Below are positions 1 to 10,577 of a DNA stretch of 64,000 nt, one piece after another. Source of the DNA: Candidatus Poribacteria bacterium (GTDB lineage: Bacteria; Poribacteria; WGA-4E; PCPOR2b); assembly GCA_965247655.1 (NCBI GenBank), contig OZ252032.1, positions 4,397,414 to 4,461,413 of the forward strand. Reading direction: 5' to 3'. The position numbers and the translations under genes were made by a program. Under the pieces are notes generated by a model, which saw nothing but the letters and a program-made list of their open reading frames with translations, did not search any database and was not told the DNA's origin. How positions within the stretch are numbered: position 1 is the first letter of the stretch; every line of letters starts with the position of its first letter.

Positions 1-507
1 GCGGCACTGATTCCATATCTCATCGGGTTTCGCCCCTGCCCTTGAACTGTGTCCCTACATGGCTGGTGGTCGTCGCGGTGCGATGGGTTCAATAATTGTG
101 CGTCTGTCTGGGGTCAAACGTCCTAATAGTTCTTCTGAGATCTGATAGTTGAATCGCTCACGCACATATCTTGGGGAATAACGATAGACAATCGTCCGCC
201 GATTACCGGGATTGGTACGTTCCGCAGAGCCGTGTGTTATCGCATCGGTGAACATCAAAACATCTCCCGCCTTCAGATACATCTCCTTCACAGCGATTGC
301 GGTTCCGGCGGGTTTACCGCTCACACCGTCGTAAACCAAGCCGCGTCCTTCCACATTCAGCCGAGGGTGGATTTCAGTACACTTGTGGCTCCCCGGTATT
401 AGGACAGGTGGTCCGTCGCCTTCACCGATATCGTTGAGTGCCATCAATACGTTAATTTGACCTACCATCCACTCTCCGGTATTGTTCTGGCGAAAGGTCA
501 AATAGCT

Positions 508-1644
508 GAGGGGTGTTCATAATTGCAATAGAGTCAGGATAACGGTTATAATCTAATCTAATTTCCACCAAAGAAAGGATTATAACATGTGTTACCCTGA
601 CCGTGAGTATTATATCACATTGTTGTTCCAACTGTTTGAAGAATTTGAGGCATCGGATACATTCAAGCGAACCGAGCATCGAGGCCACCCTCAAGTATAC
701 CCCGACAGTTCACTGATTGTCTTTTTCGCCATAATGACCCTCAAAGCCGTCAATCGCTTCAAAGCGCAACACAGATGGCTTTTGGCACACCCCGATTGGC
801 TGCCACGGCTGAGGCTTGAAACGGTGCCATCCCGGGTGACTCTCTCCCGCCGTTACAAACAGTTGGCACCGACTCTTGAAGCGTTTGTTGCCTACCTTGG
901 GGATATGGGAGTGGGATTGGATATAGAGACGACCCCAGAAGTAATATATGAAGACAAAAGCCTGTATAAGGCAAAAGGAAATGTGTGGCATCAAAAGGAC
1001 CGAAACGCCAACATCATCCCCGATGGACTTGGCAATCTTGACACCGATGCGAGTTGGTCAACGAGCAAGTATCGGGGGTGGGTTTACGGGTATGGACTTC
1101 ACCTAACAACCACCGCAAGCGGGTTTCCACGCTTAGCTGCGGTCTATACCGGCTCAGTCAGCGAGAAAGCGGTGCTTGACCACAAAACAGAGGCACTGCT
1201 TGCGCGCAATATCCGGTATGTGACTGCTGATGCGGGGTATACTGACCTCAACCGGGTCAAGCAATTGGCAAGCGCAGGGATATTGCTCTTGACGCCGGTT
1301 ACGGGTGCCAAAAGCGATAAGGCACTTGGCTATCTTGATGCAATAGAGACCTCGGACCCATTGAACTGCTATCAGAAACAGCGGAAAACGGCGATTGAAC
1401 CGGTGTTTGGGGTATTGCTTGAATTGGGGGCAACCGATGCCAATCAGAAGCAACTGCCGGTCAGTCGGCTTGACAATGTACGTCCCTTTTTGCTGCTTAC
1501 CGTAATATTACTTCAATTAGCAATGCTGGTCAATTCCATCTGGCATTTACCTTTCAGAAATGTTTCAGTGATGATGGCTTCATTTCGTTAAAAGGATTGA
1601 TGGAAAATTGACTATCTTGTGATAAGTATTTATGAACACCTCTC
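508..1644 (+). mobile_element. IS982-like insertion sequence (1137 bp)
   Basis: TIRs gaggggtgttcataa (508) and ttatgaacacctctc (ends 1644); 8-bp TSD aaatagct at 500-507 and 1645-1652. Confidence 0.88.
587..1591 (+). CDS. DDE transposase, IS982-like
   Basis: GWVYGYGLHL (cf. IS982 GWFYGFKLHL), ADAGY, RKTAIEPVFG; lies within TIRs. Confidence 0.85.
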   Translation: MCYPDREYYITLLFQLFEEFEASDTFKRTEHRGHPQVYPDSSLIVFFAIMTLKAVNRFKAQHRWLLAHPDWLPRLRLETVPSRVTLSRRYKQLAPTLEAFVAYLGDMGVGLDIETTPEVIYEDKSLYKAKGNVWHQKDRNANIIPDGLGNLDTDASWSTSKYRGWVYGYGLHLTTTASGFPRLAAVYTGSVSEKAVLDHKTEALLARNIRYVTADAGYTDLNRVKQLASAGILLLTPVTGAKSDKALGYLDAIETSDPLNCYQKQRKTAIEPVFGVLLELGATDANQKQLPVSRLDNVRPFLLLTVILLQLAMLVNSIWHLPFRNVSVMMASFR

Positions 1645-2258
1645 AAATAGCTGAGTGGGACATGCCCACCGCAGTGAATGTGGATATAGCCACCGGGACC
1701 GCGGACATTGAGAAAGTTCTCGTGGATCGAAAGTCCATTTATGGAAGAATGGATGTACTTCTTGACCAAGTCAATCCAAGCAGGGTAGTCTATCAACCGC
1801 TCGAAAACGGCACCACCCTCAATGATATTCTGAAAGTTCACGCCGTTTTCTTCGTTGTATGTGTGCGTTTCCACGTTTCCAATCCAGCGACTTCTCTCAC
1901 GCGGATTAGCATTCGTGGACCACGGCTCCTCGACATAAGCCTCGTGATCGTCTATCCACCGGTTCATCTCGCGCAAATCTCCCCCCGAGATAGCGTTTTC
2001 TAAAACCAGATAGCCTTGTAGGTCAAATAGATAGTCCTGTACATTTTGATCCATTCTTTGCTCCTGACTTACTCATTGAAGCAGCGCAAGTGCCCATGAG
2101 GCAAGGCTACGCGCTACAAATGGTCTCAATTCTAATTTACCACAGTCAAAATATAATTCCAAGTCTATTCAAGAAAGAGGATGGTAAATCCTAGCGTGTC
2201 TCAGAACGAGAGTAACACCGAGACAGTTCCCACGCAAAGCAGAGGTATAACAGAATCT

Positions 2259-2672
2259 TTACATGACGACTGACGGCGTCTGCACATGGGGGGGCGGAAT
2301 TAGTCTAGTTGGCTGGTGGGTCAATTGGGAAAGACAATCGGCGAGCATTTTATCTACCTCTTGGCGAGTATCATCACGTAGAGGTCCGGCAAGAGCAGCA
2401 TGATAGAGATTCACGGCACGAATTAAGTCACCCGCCTTCTGATAGCACGATGCTGCGCTGACTCGATGAACAGCGGCTTCCAACTCCCTACCCAGACTGT
2501 CCAGTAGCGGCGCAATGGATTCCTCATAGGCGGCGGCAGACATCCAGAGTGGTTGTGCCGTTTCCAACATTCCCACCTCTGAAAACACATGTGCCTTCGA
2601 GAGGATGTGTGACTTCTCGCCCATCAGATCTTTGATAACTTTCGTGTGAGACTTGACTTTAGATTGACCCAT
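2259..2672 (-). CDS. Hypothetical helical protein
   Basis: 137-aa ORF overlapping the upstream DUF2283 gene; no family recognised. Confidence 0.55.
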   Translation of the reverse strand: MGQSKVKSHTKVIKDLMGEKSHILSKAHVFSEVGMLETAQPLWMSAAAYEESIAPLLDSLGRELEAAVHRVSAASCYQKAGDLIRAVNLYHAALAGPLRDDTRQEVDKMLADCLSQLTHQPTRLIPPPHVQTPSVVM

Positions 2673-2907
2673 CTACTGATTCCCTCCGCAGATGCGCGGA
2701 AACCGGTAATTGAAAGAGTTCCTGACGTAATAATCGTGTAGAAAAAAGTAGAACTTCAAGATTTTCGATTTCGTCGGTCACAGGGTTAAATCGTGCGATG
2801 ACTTCATCCTCAAGTTCTTCGCTCTCCTGTTCTGGATACGGGGCACAGGTATTTATGTACAGAATATCCGCTTCACGATCATATTGAAATGTTAAGTGCG
2901 TTCCCAC
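2659..2907 (-). CDS. DUF2283-domain small protein (antitoxin-like)
   Basis: N-terminal YDREADILYI motif, acidic, 82 aa. Confidence 0.7.
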   Translation of the reverse strand: MGTHLTFQYDREADILYINTCAPYPEQESEELEDEVIARFNPVTDEIENLEVLLFSTRLLRQELFQLPVSAHLRRESVDGSI

Positions 2908-2988
2908 TCGATGTTTCCTTCCTTCGCCGACACGAGAACCTCGACTGAATCAGTAGGTCGAGATTCATATCTCGACAGCTACTAGAAA

Positions 2989-3185
2989 TAACCAAATCTA
3001 CTAGGATAACGCAAGCCCCGCTGGGGCTTTAGGGTGTGGAAAATCGGGAGTGCTATACACATATCGCCCCGCTGGGGCTACGATGGTTCATTGGTGCAAT
3101 TAATGAACTCTTGAGGTTACGGCATACGGAACCCCGATAAAATCGGGATTCAAAGCAATATACCTGCTACTAGCAATTTGGGTAA
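2989..3185. repeat. REP-like cluster (gccccgctggggc x2; cccgataaaatcggg)
   Basis: Palindromes recur at ~11150, ~11200, ~11250, ~63595 and ~63645. Confidence 0.8.
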
Positions 3186-3263
3186 TTATAGTCTCATAGC
3201 GAAAGTTTAGTCAAGAAGATAAACGACGATGAGGTTATCAAGAAGCACAACCTGACCCATCCT

Positions 3264-4973
3264 TCACGAATGATACTCGTGACCGTAGCGGATGGTGTAG
3301 CGGTAGCCTTGCTCGGTGAGGAAAAGTTGACGGTTGACAGCAAACTCCTGATCTCGCGAATCGCGGGTGACAATCGAGTAGAAGTGCGCGAGCGAGCCGT
3401 CGGTTTTGGGACGGAGGATGCGTCCGAGACGTTGCGCTTCTTCTTGGCGCGAGCCGAAGGTGCCTGACACCTGAATTGCGACGTTTGCATCGGGGAGGTC
3501 AATCGCAAAGTTCGCAACCTTGGAAACGACAAGCAGCTTAATCTCTCCCCGCCGAAATTGGCCATACAGTTTTCCGCGCTCAAGGTTCGGGGTTTGTCCC
3601 ATAATCAGCGGCGCATTCAGGCTTGCAGCTATCCCCTTGAGTTGCTCGATATACTGCCCAATAACAAGTACCAGATCCCCTTCGTGTCGATCAATCAGTT
3701 CCCGTACGATGGGAAACTTGTCCGGATTCTCGGAAGCGATGCGGAACTTCTGCCTTGCGCTGGCGACAGCATAACCCATTCGGAGGTGTTCGGGCAGGTC
3801 TACGCGAATCTCGGTGCACTCGGCGGTCGCAATCCAGCCCTGCTGTTCCAATTCTCGCCAAGGCACATCATACTTTTTCGGCCCAATCAAGCTGAACACA
3901 TCGTCCTCCCTGCCGTCTTCTCGCACCAGCGTCGCAGTCAATCCGAGGCGACGTTTCCCCTGAATCTCCGCAGTCATCCGGAACACGGGGGCGGGTAACA
4001 GATGAACCTCGTCATAGATAATTAAGCCCCAATCCATCCCGGAGAAGAGTCCCAGATGAACGAACTCCTCCGATTTACGCCTGCGATATGTCATGATCTG
4101 GTAGGTAGTTACTGTGATTGGACGGATTTCTTTACGGTCACCGGTGTATTCACCGATCTCTTCTGGCTCAATCGTCGTCTTATCAAGGAATTCATCGATC
4201 CATTGGCGCACAGCGATCGTGTTTGTCGAAAGGATCAGCGTGTGGCATTTGGTCTCGAACAAAATGCCAAGCCCAACCATGGTCTTTCCCGCACCGCAAG
4301 GGAGGACAATCACGCCGCTGCCACCGCGCACGTCGCCTCCCATATGAAAAACTTCAGCTGCATCGCGTTGGTAATCGCGCAGATCGAAGGCAGCCCCCGA
4401 TAGTGTTGTTGGTCGGGGCGCAATCTCCAGATAGCTTCCGCTGACGTATCCCGCGAGGTCTTCGACCGGAAACCCGATCTTGATCAACGCCTGCTTGATA
4501 TGTCCGCGAAGCTGATAGGGAACGGAGATGGTCTGGGAATCAATTTGCTTGCCCAGCAGATTTCTCATTGATTCACTGTGAACAATTTCAGCCATGAGCA
4601 CCGGATCTTCGGCGTACAAGACCAAGTCGTTATCCCCAACGCAATCGGGATTCAGGTCGGCGTGCTTCATCAACTTAACCCGTCCGTAGCGAGAAACATA
4701 ATCGGTTATCTCGGCGACTATGTTTTGTGGTACATCATATTTGGTATACCTATTGATTGCCTCCAAAATATCTCCCACTTCTATCCCCGCAGAGGCGGCA
4801 TTCCATAACGAAAGGGGGGTGATGCGATAGGTGTGGATATGTTCGGGACTCTTTTCCAACTCTGCAAAACTGGCAAGCGCGTCTCGTGCCGCCTCATAAA
4901 GCGGACTGTCAACTTCAAGGAGCACTGTCCGATCACTCTGGACGATCAACGGGTTTTGTGGGTTGTATGGCAT
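3264..4973 (-). CDS. XPB/Ssl2/Rad25-type DNA helicase with N-terminal helicase-associated domain
   Basis: PLIVQSDRTVLLE, LPCGAGKT, DEVH, LGLTAT, QRLGRILRPK. Confidence 0.93.
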   Translation of the reverse strand: MPYNPQNPLIVQSDRTVLLEVDSPLYEAARDALASFAELEKSPEHIHTYRITPLSLWNAASAGIEVGDILEAINRYTKYDVPQNIVAEITDYVSRYGRVKLMKHADLNPDCVGDNDLVLYAEDPVLMAEIVHSESMRNLLGKQIDSQTISVPYQLRGHIKQALIKIGFPVEDLAGYVSGSYLEIAPRPTTLSGAAFDLRDYQRDAAEVFHMGGDVRGGSGVIVLPCGAGKTMVGLGILFETKCHTLILSTNTIAVRQWIDEFLDKTTIEPEEIGEYTGDRKEIRPITVTTYQIMTYRRRKSEEFVHLGLFSGMDWGLIIYDEVHLLPAPVFRMTAEIQGKRRLGLTATLVREDGREDDVFSLIGPKKYDVPWRELEQQGWIATAECTEIRVDLPEHLRMGYAVASARQKFRIASENPDKFPIVRELIDRHEGDLVLVIGQYIEQLKGIAASLNAPLIMGQTPNLERGKLYGQFRRGEIKLLVVSKVANFAIDLPDANVAIQVSGTFGSRQEEAQRLGRILRPKTDGSLAHFYSIVTRDSRDQEFAVNRQLFLTEQGYRYTIRYGHEYHS

Positions 4974-4976
4974 TTG

Positions 4977-5489
4977 TCAAATCCTTACATCAATTTTTGG
5001 AGGTGGTGCCGCGAGTTTGACGGCTTTCTCGTCATTCAGATTGGAGAGTAGGGTTCGGATATTCTGTTGAAAGATTGGGTGGAGGACGTCAGGGGCAATC
5101 TCTGCGAATGGGACAAGGACAAAACTGCGCCGGTGCATTTCGGGGTGCGGCACGATCAGATTGGATGTATTGATGCAACACTGGTCGTAGATTAGGAGAT
5201 CCAAGTCTACCTCTCGCGGTCCCCAACGTGCCCGGTGCTGTCGCCCAACGAGTTGTTCAATACCCTTTAGCAACGCCAATAACTTATGGACTGATAGATC
5301 GGTTTCAACTGCAACGACGCCGTTCAGAAACCAATTCTGCTCCTCATAACCGACAGGCTCGGTTTCGTAGAGGGAGGAGATCTGTATCAGCGAAACATCA
5401 TCTGCTTCTAACAGCAGCCGCAACGCTTGAGCGATATAATTGAAGCGGTTGTCGATGTTGGAGCCAAAACCGATGTATGCGTGTGCCAT
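4977..5489 (-). CDS. folK: 2-amino-4-hydroxy-6-hydroxymethyldihydropteridine diphosphokinase
   Basis: AYIGFGSN, SSLYETEPVG, FLNGVV, WGPREVDLDLL, PHPEMHRRSFVLVP. Confidence 0.96.
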   Translation of the reverse strand: MAHAYIGFGSNIDNRFNYIAQALRLLLEADDVSLIQISSLYETEPVGYEEQNWFLNGVVAVETDLSVHKLLALLKGIEQLVGRQHRARWGPREVDLDLLIYDQCCINTSNLIVPHPEMHRRSFVLVPFAEIAPDVLHPIFQQNIRTLLSNLNDEKAVKLAAPPPKIDVRI

Positions 5490-5626
5490 TGTTAACTCGT
5501 ATGTCGGTTCATTGGTTCATTTGTCAAAGGTCAACGGAACTCCCATTCCGCTTTTATATTGACCCTTGAAGTATGTTCTGTTATCATCTAGGCGTATGCA
5601 GAGGTCACAGAATCGGAGGAATTGAG

Positions 5627-6253
5627 ATGCTTAGTAAATATATCAAGCGTGGACTAATCGTTTGTATGCTAGCCCTTGTGTTTCTCGTGCTAGCGTATCT
5701 CCTTGGCATCAAGATATACGATGCTCCTAAAAAAGAGAAGACTCAGGTTTATGAGACGGATTTCTCTATTCTTCGTACATCAGAAACTATCCGTCTTTCC
5801 CGCTTTGAATCAACACTGAAAAAGCTGCAACAGTTTGGAGGGGGTGAGGTGATTTTTGAAGGCGGAAAGGGATTTGTCCTTTTTCGAGTTCACAAAGATG
5901 GTAGTCTTGTGGCAAAGGTCCCAGTTTTTGCATCAATTCCACACATCTCATCCACCACTCTGTTTAGGCTTATTCTCCTATCAAAGAGATACTACACCAT
6001 CAGGTTAACCTCTTGGGACAGGAAACAACTGGATCAGATAGCACCCTTCCAAGATGCACCAGAGCGGGAAGTCCCATATCCGAAAACAGACCCGCATATA
6101 TTCCTTGAGGCAGACCTGGGATCGGATATATCAGCCACCGCCGAGTTGGCTGAAGCTGTCTTGACCAAGGTCTTTCAGGTCAAGAAGGGCATGATGACAA
6201 TCTACGCAGGAGATTACCGTGAATTCCGATCGTCCGCTCCACTCGGCCGGTAG
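5627..6253 (+). CDS. Hypothetical protein with N-terminal membrane anchor
   Basis: GGAGGA RBS at 5615-5620 before ATG 5627; hydrophobic N-terminus. Confidence 0.6.
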   Translation: MLSKYIKRGLIVCMLALVFLVLAYLLGIKIYDAPKKEKTQVYETDFSILRTSETIRLSRFESTLKKLQQFGGGEVIFEGGKGFVLFRVHKDGSLVAKVPVFASIPHISSTTLFRLILLSKRYYTIRLTSWDRKQLDQIAPFQDAPEREVPYPKTDPHIFLEADLGSDISATAELAEAVLTKVFQVKKGMMTIYAGDYREFRSSAPLGR

Positions 6254-6276
6254 GGAGCGGTGAGATGGTGATAGAC

Positions 6277-8007
6277 TTACCCATCACCTAGCGGTTTCGC
6301 TTGCTTCGCTATCTCCAAAATCCCATCAAGTACTTCGGATACCTCTGAATCTATCTGATCTGGGAGAACATATTGGACGAGGGTGTGATAATTTGTTTTT
6401 CGCATCAGATTCTCCAATCCCAGTTTGTTGAAAAAGGATTCAAAAAGCGGATCCAGAAAATCATCACTCACTTTGGTATCCGGCGACCAAGGTGAACCCT
6501 TACCAAGTGTCTCTAGGGCGTTTTCAATCTCATCAATCGTTTCTTCCATTGTAGACACCAATTGAGAGGCTTCTCCCCATCGTTCTGCTTCCGCTTGCGC
6601 CCAGTCGATTAGAATCTCTTTTTGGCATACAATGTAATTCTCAATCTCACGTCGCTTCCACTGATACTCCCTAAATTCAGGGTTCGTTTGAAGCTCTGAC
6701 TCAATCCGATCGAAGAGACAGAATCCAACCAAATCAGTTTTCGCCTCCCGCAGCCCATAAAAGTGTTTGCGGGCTTCCTGCGGTTGATTTTCAACGTAGT
6801 GTACAAATGGACGTTTTAATATATCCCTCGCGGGGTGATCTAGCTTCTCAGCGAACGCCTGCAAAATTGCGAGGTCTGTTGAACCTTCGAGATAGAGGGC
6901 CCAGCCCTTTTGTTCCGCCTGAGAATACTGTTCAAAGCCAATACTCGTAAGCGATTTCAAAAGTTGGCTACCACGGTCATCAATGCGATGCGGTGCTCCA
7001 AGAAAGGCAATAACCATATCACGACCAGCTGCTTCGTTAAGAATGACCTCAGAATGGCTGGCGATAATGATTTGACTGTCGTGTTCCGCAGCAAACCCGG
7101 TAAGCATCTGATAAATCTGCCTTTGTCGCATGGTCTCAAGGTGTGCGTCTGGCTCATCCAGCAGAAGGACTGACCCCGGATGCGTTACCATATACACAAT
7201 CAGAAGTAGTGTTTGTTGAAGTCCACGCCCCGATGAGGAGAGGTCAAGAGAGATACCTGATCTATCCCGATAACCCATCTCAATCTCTCCACGCTGAAGA
7301 ATGTAATTCGGTTCATCAAGTTCAACGCTGAACAGTTCTCGGATTTGCTGGCAGATTGTTTCCCATTTTTTGCTGCCTCCGCGCTCCTGTAAAATCTGAT
7401 AGCAGAGATTGCGAAGAACCTCTGCGGTCCGTCCCTCTCCAACACGGACATTGATCGCCCCCGGGTCAAGGCGCATTTCATTCGACGCAAGTCCAGACAT
7501 CGGTGGAAGGAAGGCAACATCAAGGTTTGCTGCCTCCTCAGGAACAGGCATCCGTTTCAATCTTCTACCCTCCCTTTCTGATAATCGCAGGGGCCGACAG
7601 TAGAAGGACTCCTGATTGGCATAATCAAACTCCAAGCCACATTCCCACTTTTTGCCCGTAGTAACGCCTTCAACGATAATATCCATACGGACGTTTTGCG
7701 TCTGTTGCCTACCACCAATTCTCCGAATATCTCTGACCTGCAAATTTCGCCAGAGCAACCTTGTACTCGGCACAGGAACGAAGATGGGGTCGTGCCGGTT
7801 GATGGCAACACCCGGTCGTTTTTCTGAATTTGGTTTCCCCTTACGGTGCTCGTTCCAACGTTTGAGCCCAATATCCCACAGGGTGAGTGCCTGTAAAGCG
7901 GTGGTTTTGCCAGAGTTATTCGGTCCAATGAAGACTACGGGATTCCCCAATTCGACTTCAATTTCTCCAAAGCGTTTGAAATTGCGGCAAATCAGTTTTG
8001 TTAGCAT
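6277..8007 (-). CDS. ABC-type ATPase + TOPRIM-like domain (OLD-like nuclease)
   Basis: RNFKRF, GPNNSGKT, LSSSGRG, LLLDEPD, ASHS, then LYLEGSTD and REIENY. Confidence 0.8.
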   Translation of the reverse strand: MLTKLICRNFKRFGEIEVELGNPVVFIGPNNSGKTTALQALTLWDIGLKRWNEHRKGKPNSEKRPGVAINRHDPIFVPVPSTRLLWRNLQVRDIRRIGGRQQTQNVRMDIIVEGVTTGKKWECGLEFDYANQESFYCRPLRLSEREGRRLKRMPVPEEAANLDVAFLPPMSGLASNEMRLDPGAINVRVGEGRTAEVLRNLCYQILQERGGSKKWETICQQIRELFSVELDEPNYILQRGEIEMGYRDRSGISLDLSSSGRGLQQTLLLIVYMVTHPGSVLLLDEPDAHLETMRQRQIYQMLTGFAAEHDSQIIIASHSEVILNEAAGRDMVIAFLGAPHRIDDRGSQLLKSLTSIGFEQYSQAEQKGWALYLEGSTDLAILQAFAEKLDHPARDILKRPFVHYVENQPQEARKHFYGLREAKTDLVGFCLFDRIESELQTNPEFREYQWKRREIENYIVCQKEILIDWAQAEAERWGEASQLVSTMEETIDEIENALETLGKGSPWSPDTKVSDDFLDPLFESFFNKLGLENLMRKTNYHTLVQYVLPDQIDSEVSEVLDGILEIAKQAKPLGDG

Positions 8008-8043
8008 TTCCAGTCCTCCGAACTGCGGTGATTTGACGGTGTT

Positions 8044-9681
8044 CTAGTCCTCAATTGGCAATTGAATCGGCAGCTTGCCTTGAGCCTCACGTGCCCCGAC
8101 AATCACCTCGACAGCTGCGGACACAGAGGCGTCGTGGAGGTCGTAAGCGGCGAGGGATGCGGAGACAGCAGGACAGCCCCGGAGCGTGTAGGGTGAGCCA
8201 AGCGCGATGACGATGACAGGGGTTGGCCTGAAACTGAATTGATGGACGAGCCCTGCTTGTTCAATATTCGTAATTCCAGCGATGATGACATCGGCATCTC
8301 TCGCTTGAGGGGGCAGTTGAAGTTGGATTTGCGCCCCACGCGGTGTCTCCGGGATTCTCGCCTCACCTGTGTTCGGGTGATGTGCTTTGAAGATATCAAA
8401 TAAGGTCGGTGATGCGCTCAGGATCAGGACGGAGGTCTCAGGCTTTAACCTTAAGGGTAGGATGTTATCTCGATTCCTCACCACTGTAATTGCCCGCGAT
8501 GCGATTGTCTGAGCGAGTTGCTGATGTGCCTTCCCCCCGACAGCTGTCTCCACTGCTTCCACATCAACGAAACGTCGGTCAAACGCTGTCCCCTTACTTT
8601 TCAGGATACGCTTAACGGATTGATCCAATCGGGCTTGAGAGATACGTCCGCTTTTGACCGCTGATAGCAGTGCGCCAAAGACCTCAATCTGCTTTGTGGA
8701 TGTCCAGAGCACCATCACGATGTCCGCCCCAGCCTCAACCGCCATGACCGCGGCTTCGCCCGATTGGTAGCGATCGTCAATTGCCTTCATCTCCATGTCA
8801 TCGGTAATGAGCAAACCGTCAAAGCCGAGTTCCTTTCGCAAGAGATCGGTTAAGATAGTCGGCGAGAGCGTGGCGGGTCGGTCGGCATCGAAGGCGGGAT
8901 AGACGATATGCGCCGTCATGATTGCGGCGACATCGGCATCAATCGCGGCACGAAAGGGTTGCAGCTCAAGGGCGTGGATGCGCTCTAAGTCATGGCTCAC
9001 GGTTGGCAGCTCAAAGTGCGAGTCAACGGTGGTGTCTCCGTGTCCGGGGAAATGCTTTACGGTTGCTAGCACACCGTTGCGTTGCAACCCGCGGATGTAA
9101 GAGATTCCCAAACGGGAAACGAGTTCCGGCGATTCGCCGAAGGAACGGCGACCGATAACGGGATTGTCTGGATTGTTGTTGACATCCATAACCGGCGCAA
9201 AGTTGAGGTTAACCCCCACCGCGGCGAGTTCGACGGCGGTGATTTCTCCTGCGCGCTCTGCCAGTTCGGTCGAATTGGTCGCGCCCAACGCCATATTGCC
9301 GGGCAGCACTGTCGCACCTTCCTTCAAGCGAATGACCCAACCGCCCTCCTGATCTATCCCAATAAACAACGGAATTTGACGCGCTGTTGCTTCCGCCAAT
9401 CGCTGGAGTTCGTTCGTTAATTCCGCTGTCTGCTGCGGGGATTGGATATTCCGACTAAAGAGGACGACCCCACCGACAAACCGCTCGCGGATATGGGTTT
9501 TGATGGCTTCATTGGCTTGAGTCCCCTCGAAGCCGACCATGATGAGCTGCCCAACTTTTTCCTCGATTGTCATTTCGGCTATCATTGTGTCAATTTCCGG
9601 ATCGGTGAGGGCAGAAATTGGGGACGAGACCGCCCCGATCAGAAGTGCGGCAAATAGGTATGAGAGCGGTGTGTCATGCAT
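8044..9681 (-). CDS. nagZ: Beta-N-acetylhexosaminidase, GH3, secreted
   Basis: Signal peptide; DQEGG, KHFPGHGDTTVDSH, ITDDMEM. Confidence 0.9.
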   Translation of the reverse strand: MHDTPLSYLFAALLIGAVSSPISALTDPEIDTMIAEMTIEEKVGQLIMVGFEGTQANEAIKTHIRERFVGGVVLFSRNIQSPQQTAELTNELQRLAEATARQIPLFIGIDQEGGWVIRLKEGATVLPGNMALGATNSTELAERAGEITAVELAAVGVNLNFAPVMDVNNNPDNPVIGRRSFGESPELVSRLGISYIRGLQRNGVLATVKHFPGHGDTTVDSHFELPTVSHDLERIHALELQPFRAAIDADVAAIMTAHIVYPAFDADRPATLSPTILTDLLRKELGFDGLLITDDMEMKAIDDRYQSGEAAVMAVEAGADIVMVLWTSTKQIEVFGALLSAVKSGRISQARLDQSVKRILKSKGTAFDRRFVDVEAVETAVGGKAHQQLAQTIASRAITVVRNRDNILPLRLKPETSVLILSASPTLFDIFKAHHPNTGEARIPETPRGAQIQLQLPPQARDADVIIAGITNIEQAGLVHQFSFRPTPVIVIALGSPYTLRGCPAVSASLAAYDLHDASVSAAVEVIVGAREAQGKLPIQLPIED

Positions 9682-9712
9682 TAGTCATCACTACAAAGGG
9701 TCAACGATGCTG

Positions 9713-10456
9713 CTACGAGTCATCTTCTTCGTCTTTAGCGGCGTATGATTGGCCTGCGAAAGCGGCTCGGACGTCCGCTGCGGTTTTCGCAGTTTTCAGC
9801 GCATTAATCCGTGTCTCTTCTTCCTGCAATAACGCCTTAACGTTAGTTAGAACCGCTTCCGCCTTATCGGCTGGAAACTTGCATGCGCCATTTTCGTCCA
9901 TGTGGACAAGCTCGCCCGGAGAGACATCCATCCCTCCCACCGAGACGGGCACATTGACCGCTTGTACAGCCATATCGCCGTGTCCTGCCGTGACGCCACT
10001 GAGCATATACTGAAACTTCATGGGACGAATTTCATCGATGTCCCGTGAAGGACCATTGGATATGGCACCGACACAGCCGACCGCTTTCATCGCAGCAGTC
10101 ATATTTCCGCCTGCTAGTCCAGCCTTAGCGTGAAGTTCAGGCGGCCACTTTTGCTGGAAGACGAGAACCGTCGGTTTCTTTGATGCGTCGAGTGCGTCAA
10201 TGACATCCATAAAGGTTAAGCGTGAGTAATTCGGGTCTGGCAATCCATACACGCATGTGACCGCATATCCAACGAGCCTGCCTAATTCGGGATACATACA
10301 ACGGATGGATTGGTCGGTATACCAGTTCTCCGTCCAAGGGTTATAAAGCCCAAGACAGAGGGGGTTCTTTGGGTAGGTGGCAACAACGTTGGTGATTGAT
10401 GGTGTATCGTAGTTTCGCAATTCCTCTAAAATTCCTGCTTCCGTTAATTTTGCCAT
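9713..10456 (-). CDS. RraA / HMG-CHA aldolase family protein
   Basis: GYAVT, GGNM, NGPSRDIDEI, VSPGELVHMDENG. Confidence 0.85.
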   Translation of the reverse strand: MAKLTEAGILEELRNYDTPSITNVVATYPKNPLCLGLYNPWTENWYTDQSIRCMYPELGRLVGYAVTCVYGLPDPNYSRLTFMDVIDALDASKKPTVLVFQQKWPPELHAKAGLAGGNMTAAMKAVGCVGAISNGPSRDIDEIRPMKFQYMLSGVTAGHGDMAVQAVNVPVSVGGMDVSPGELVHMDENGACKFPADKAEAVLTNVKALLQEEETRINALKTAKTAADVRAAFAGQSYAAKDEEDDS

Positions 10457-10577
10457 GAGTCACCTCCTTGTAAGTACACTGTCAGGCAAATGAGGATGGA
10501 ACCGACAGTTAGTAGTCCCGCAATTCATTACGCATCGGACGGACGATAAATTGAGTACCAGCACTGAAATCTGCTCG

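Larger units (their letters stand above)
55..2054 (-). pseudogene. Phytanoyl-CoA dioxygenase (PhyH)-family gene split by an IS
   Basis: N-half (1645-2054; YLFDLQGYLVLENA..IHCGG) and C-half (55-507; IPGSHK, AGDVLMFTDAITHGS) rejoin in frame as ..GGHVPLSYLTFRQNN.. when 508-1652 is removed. Confidence 0.88.
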
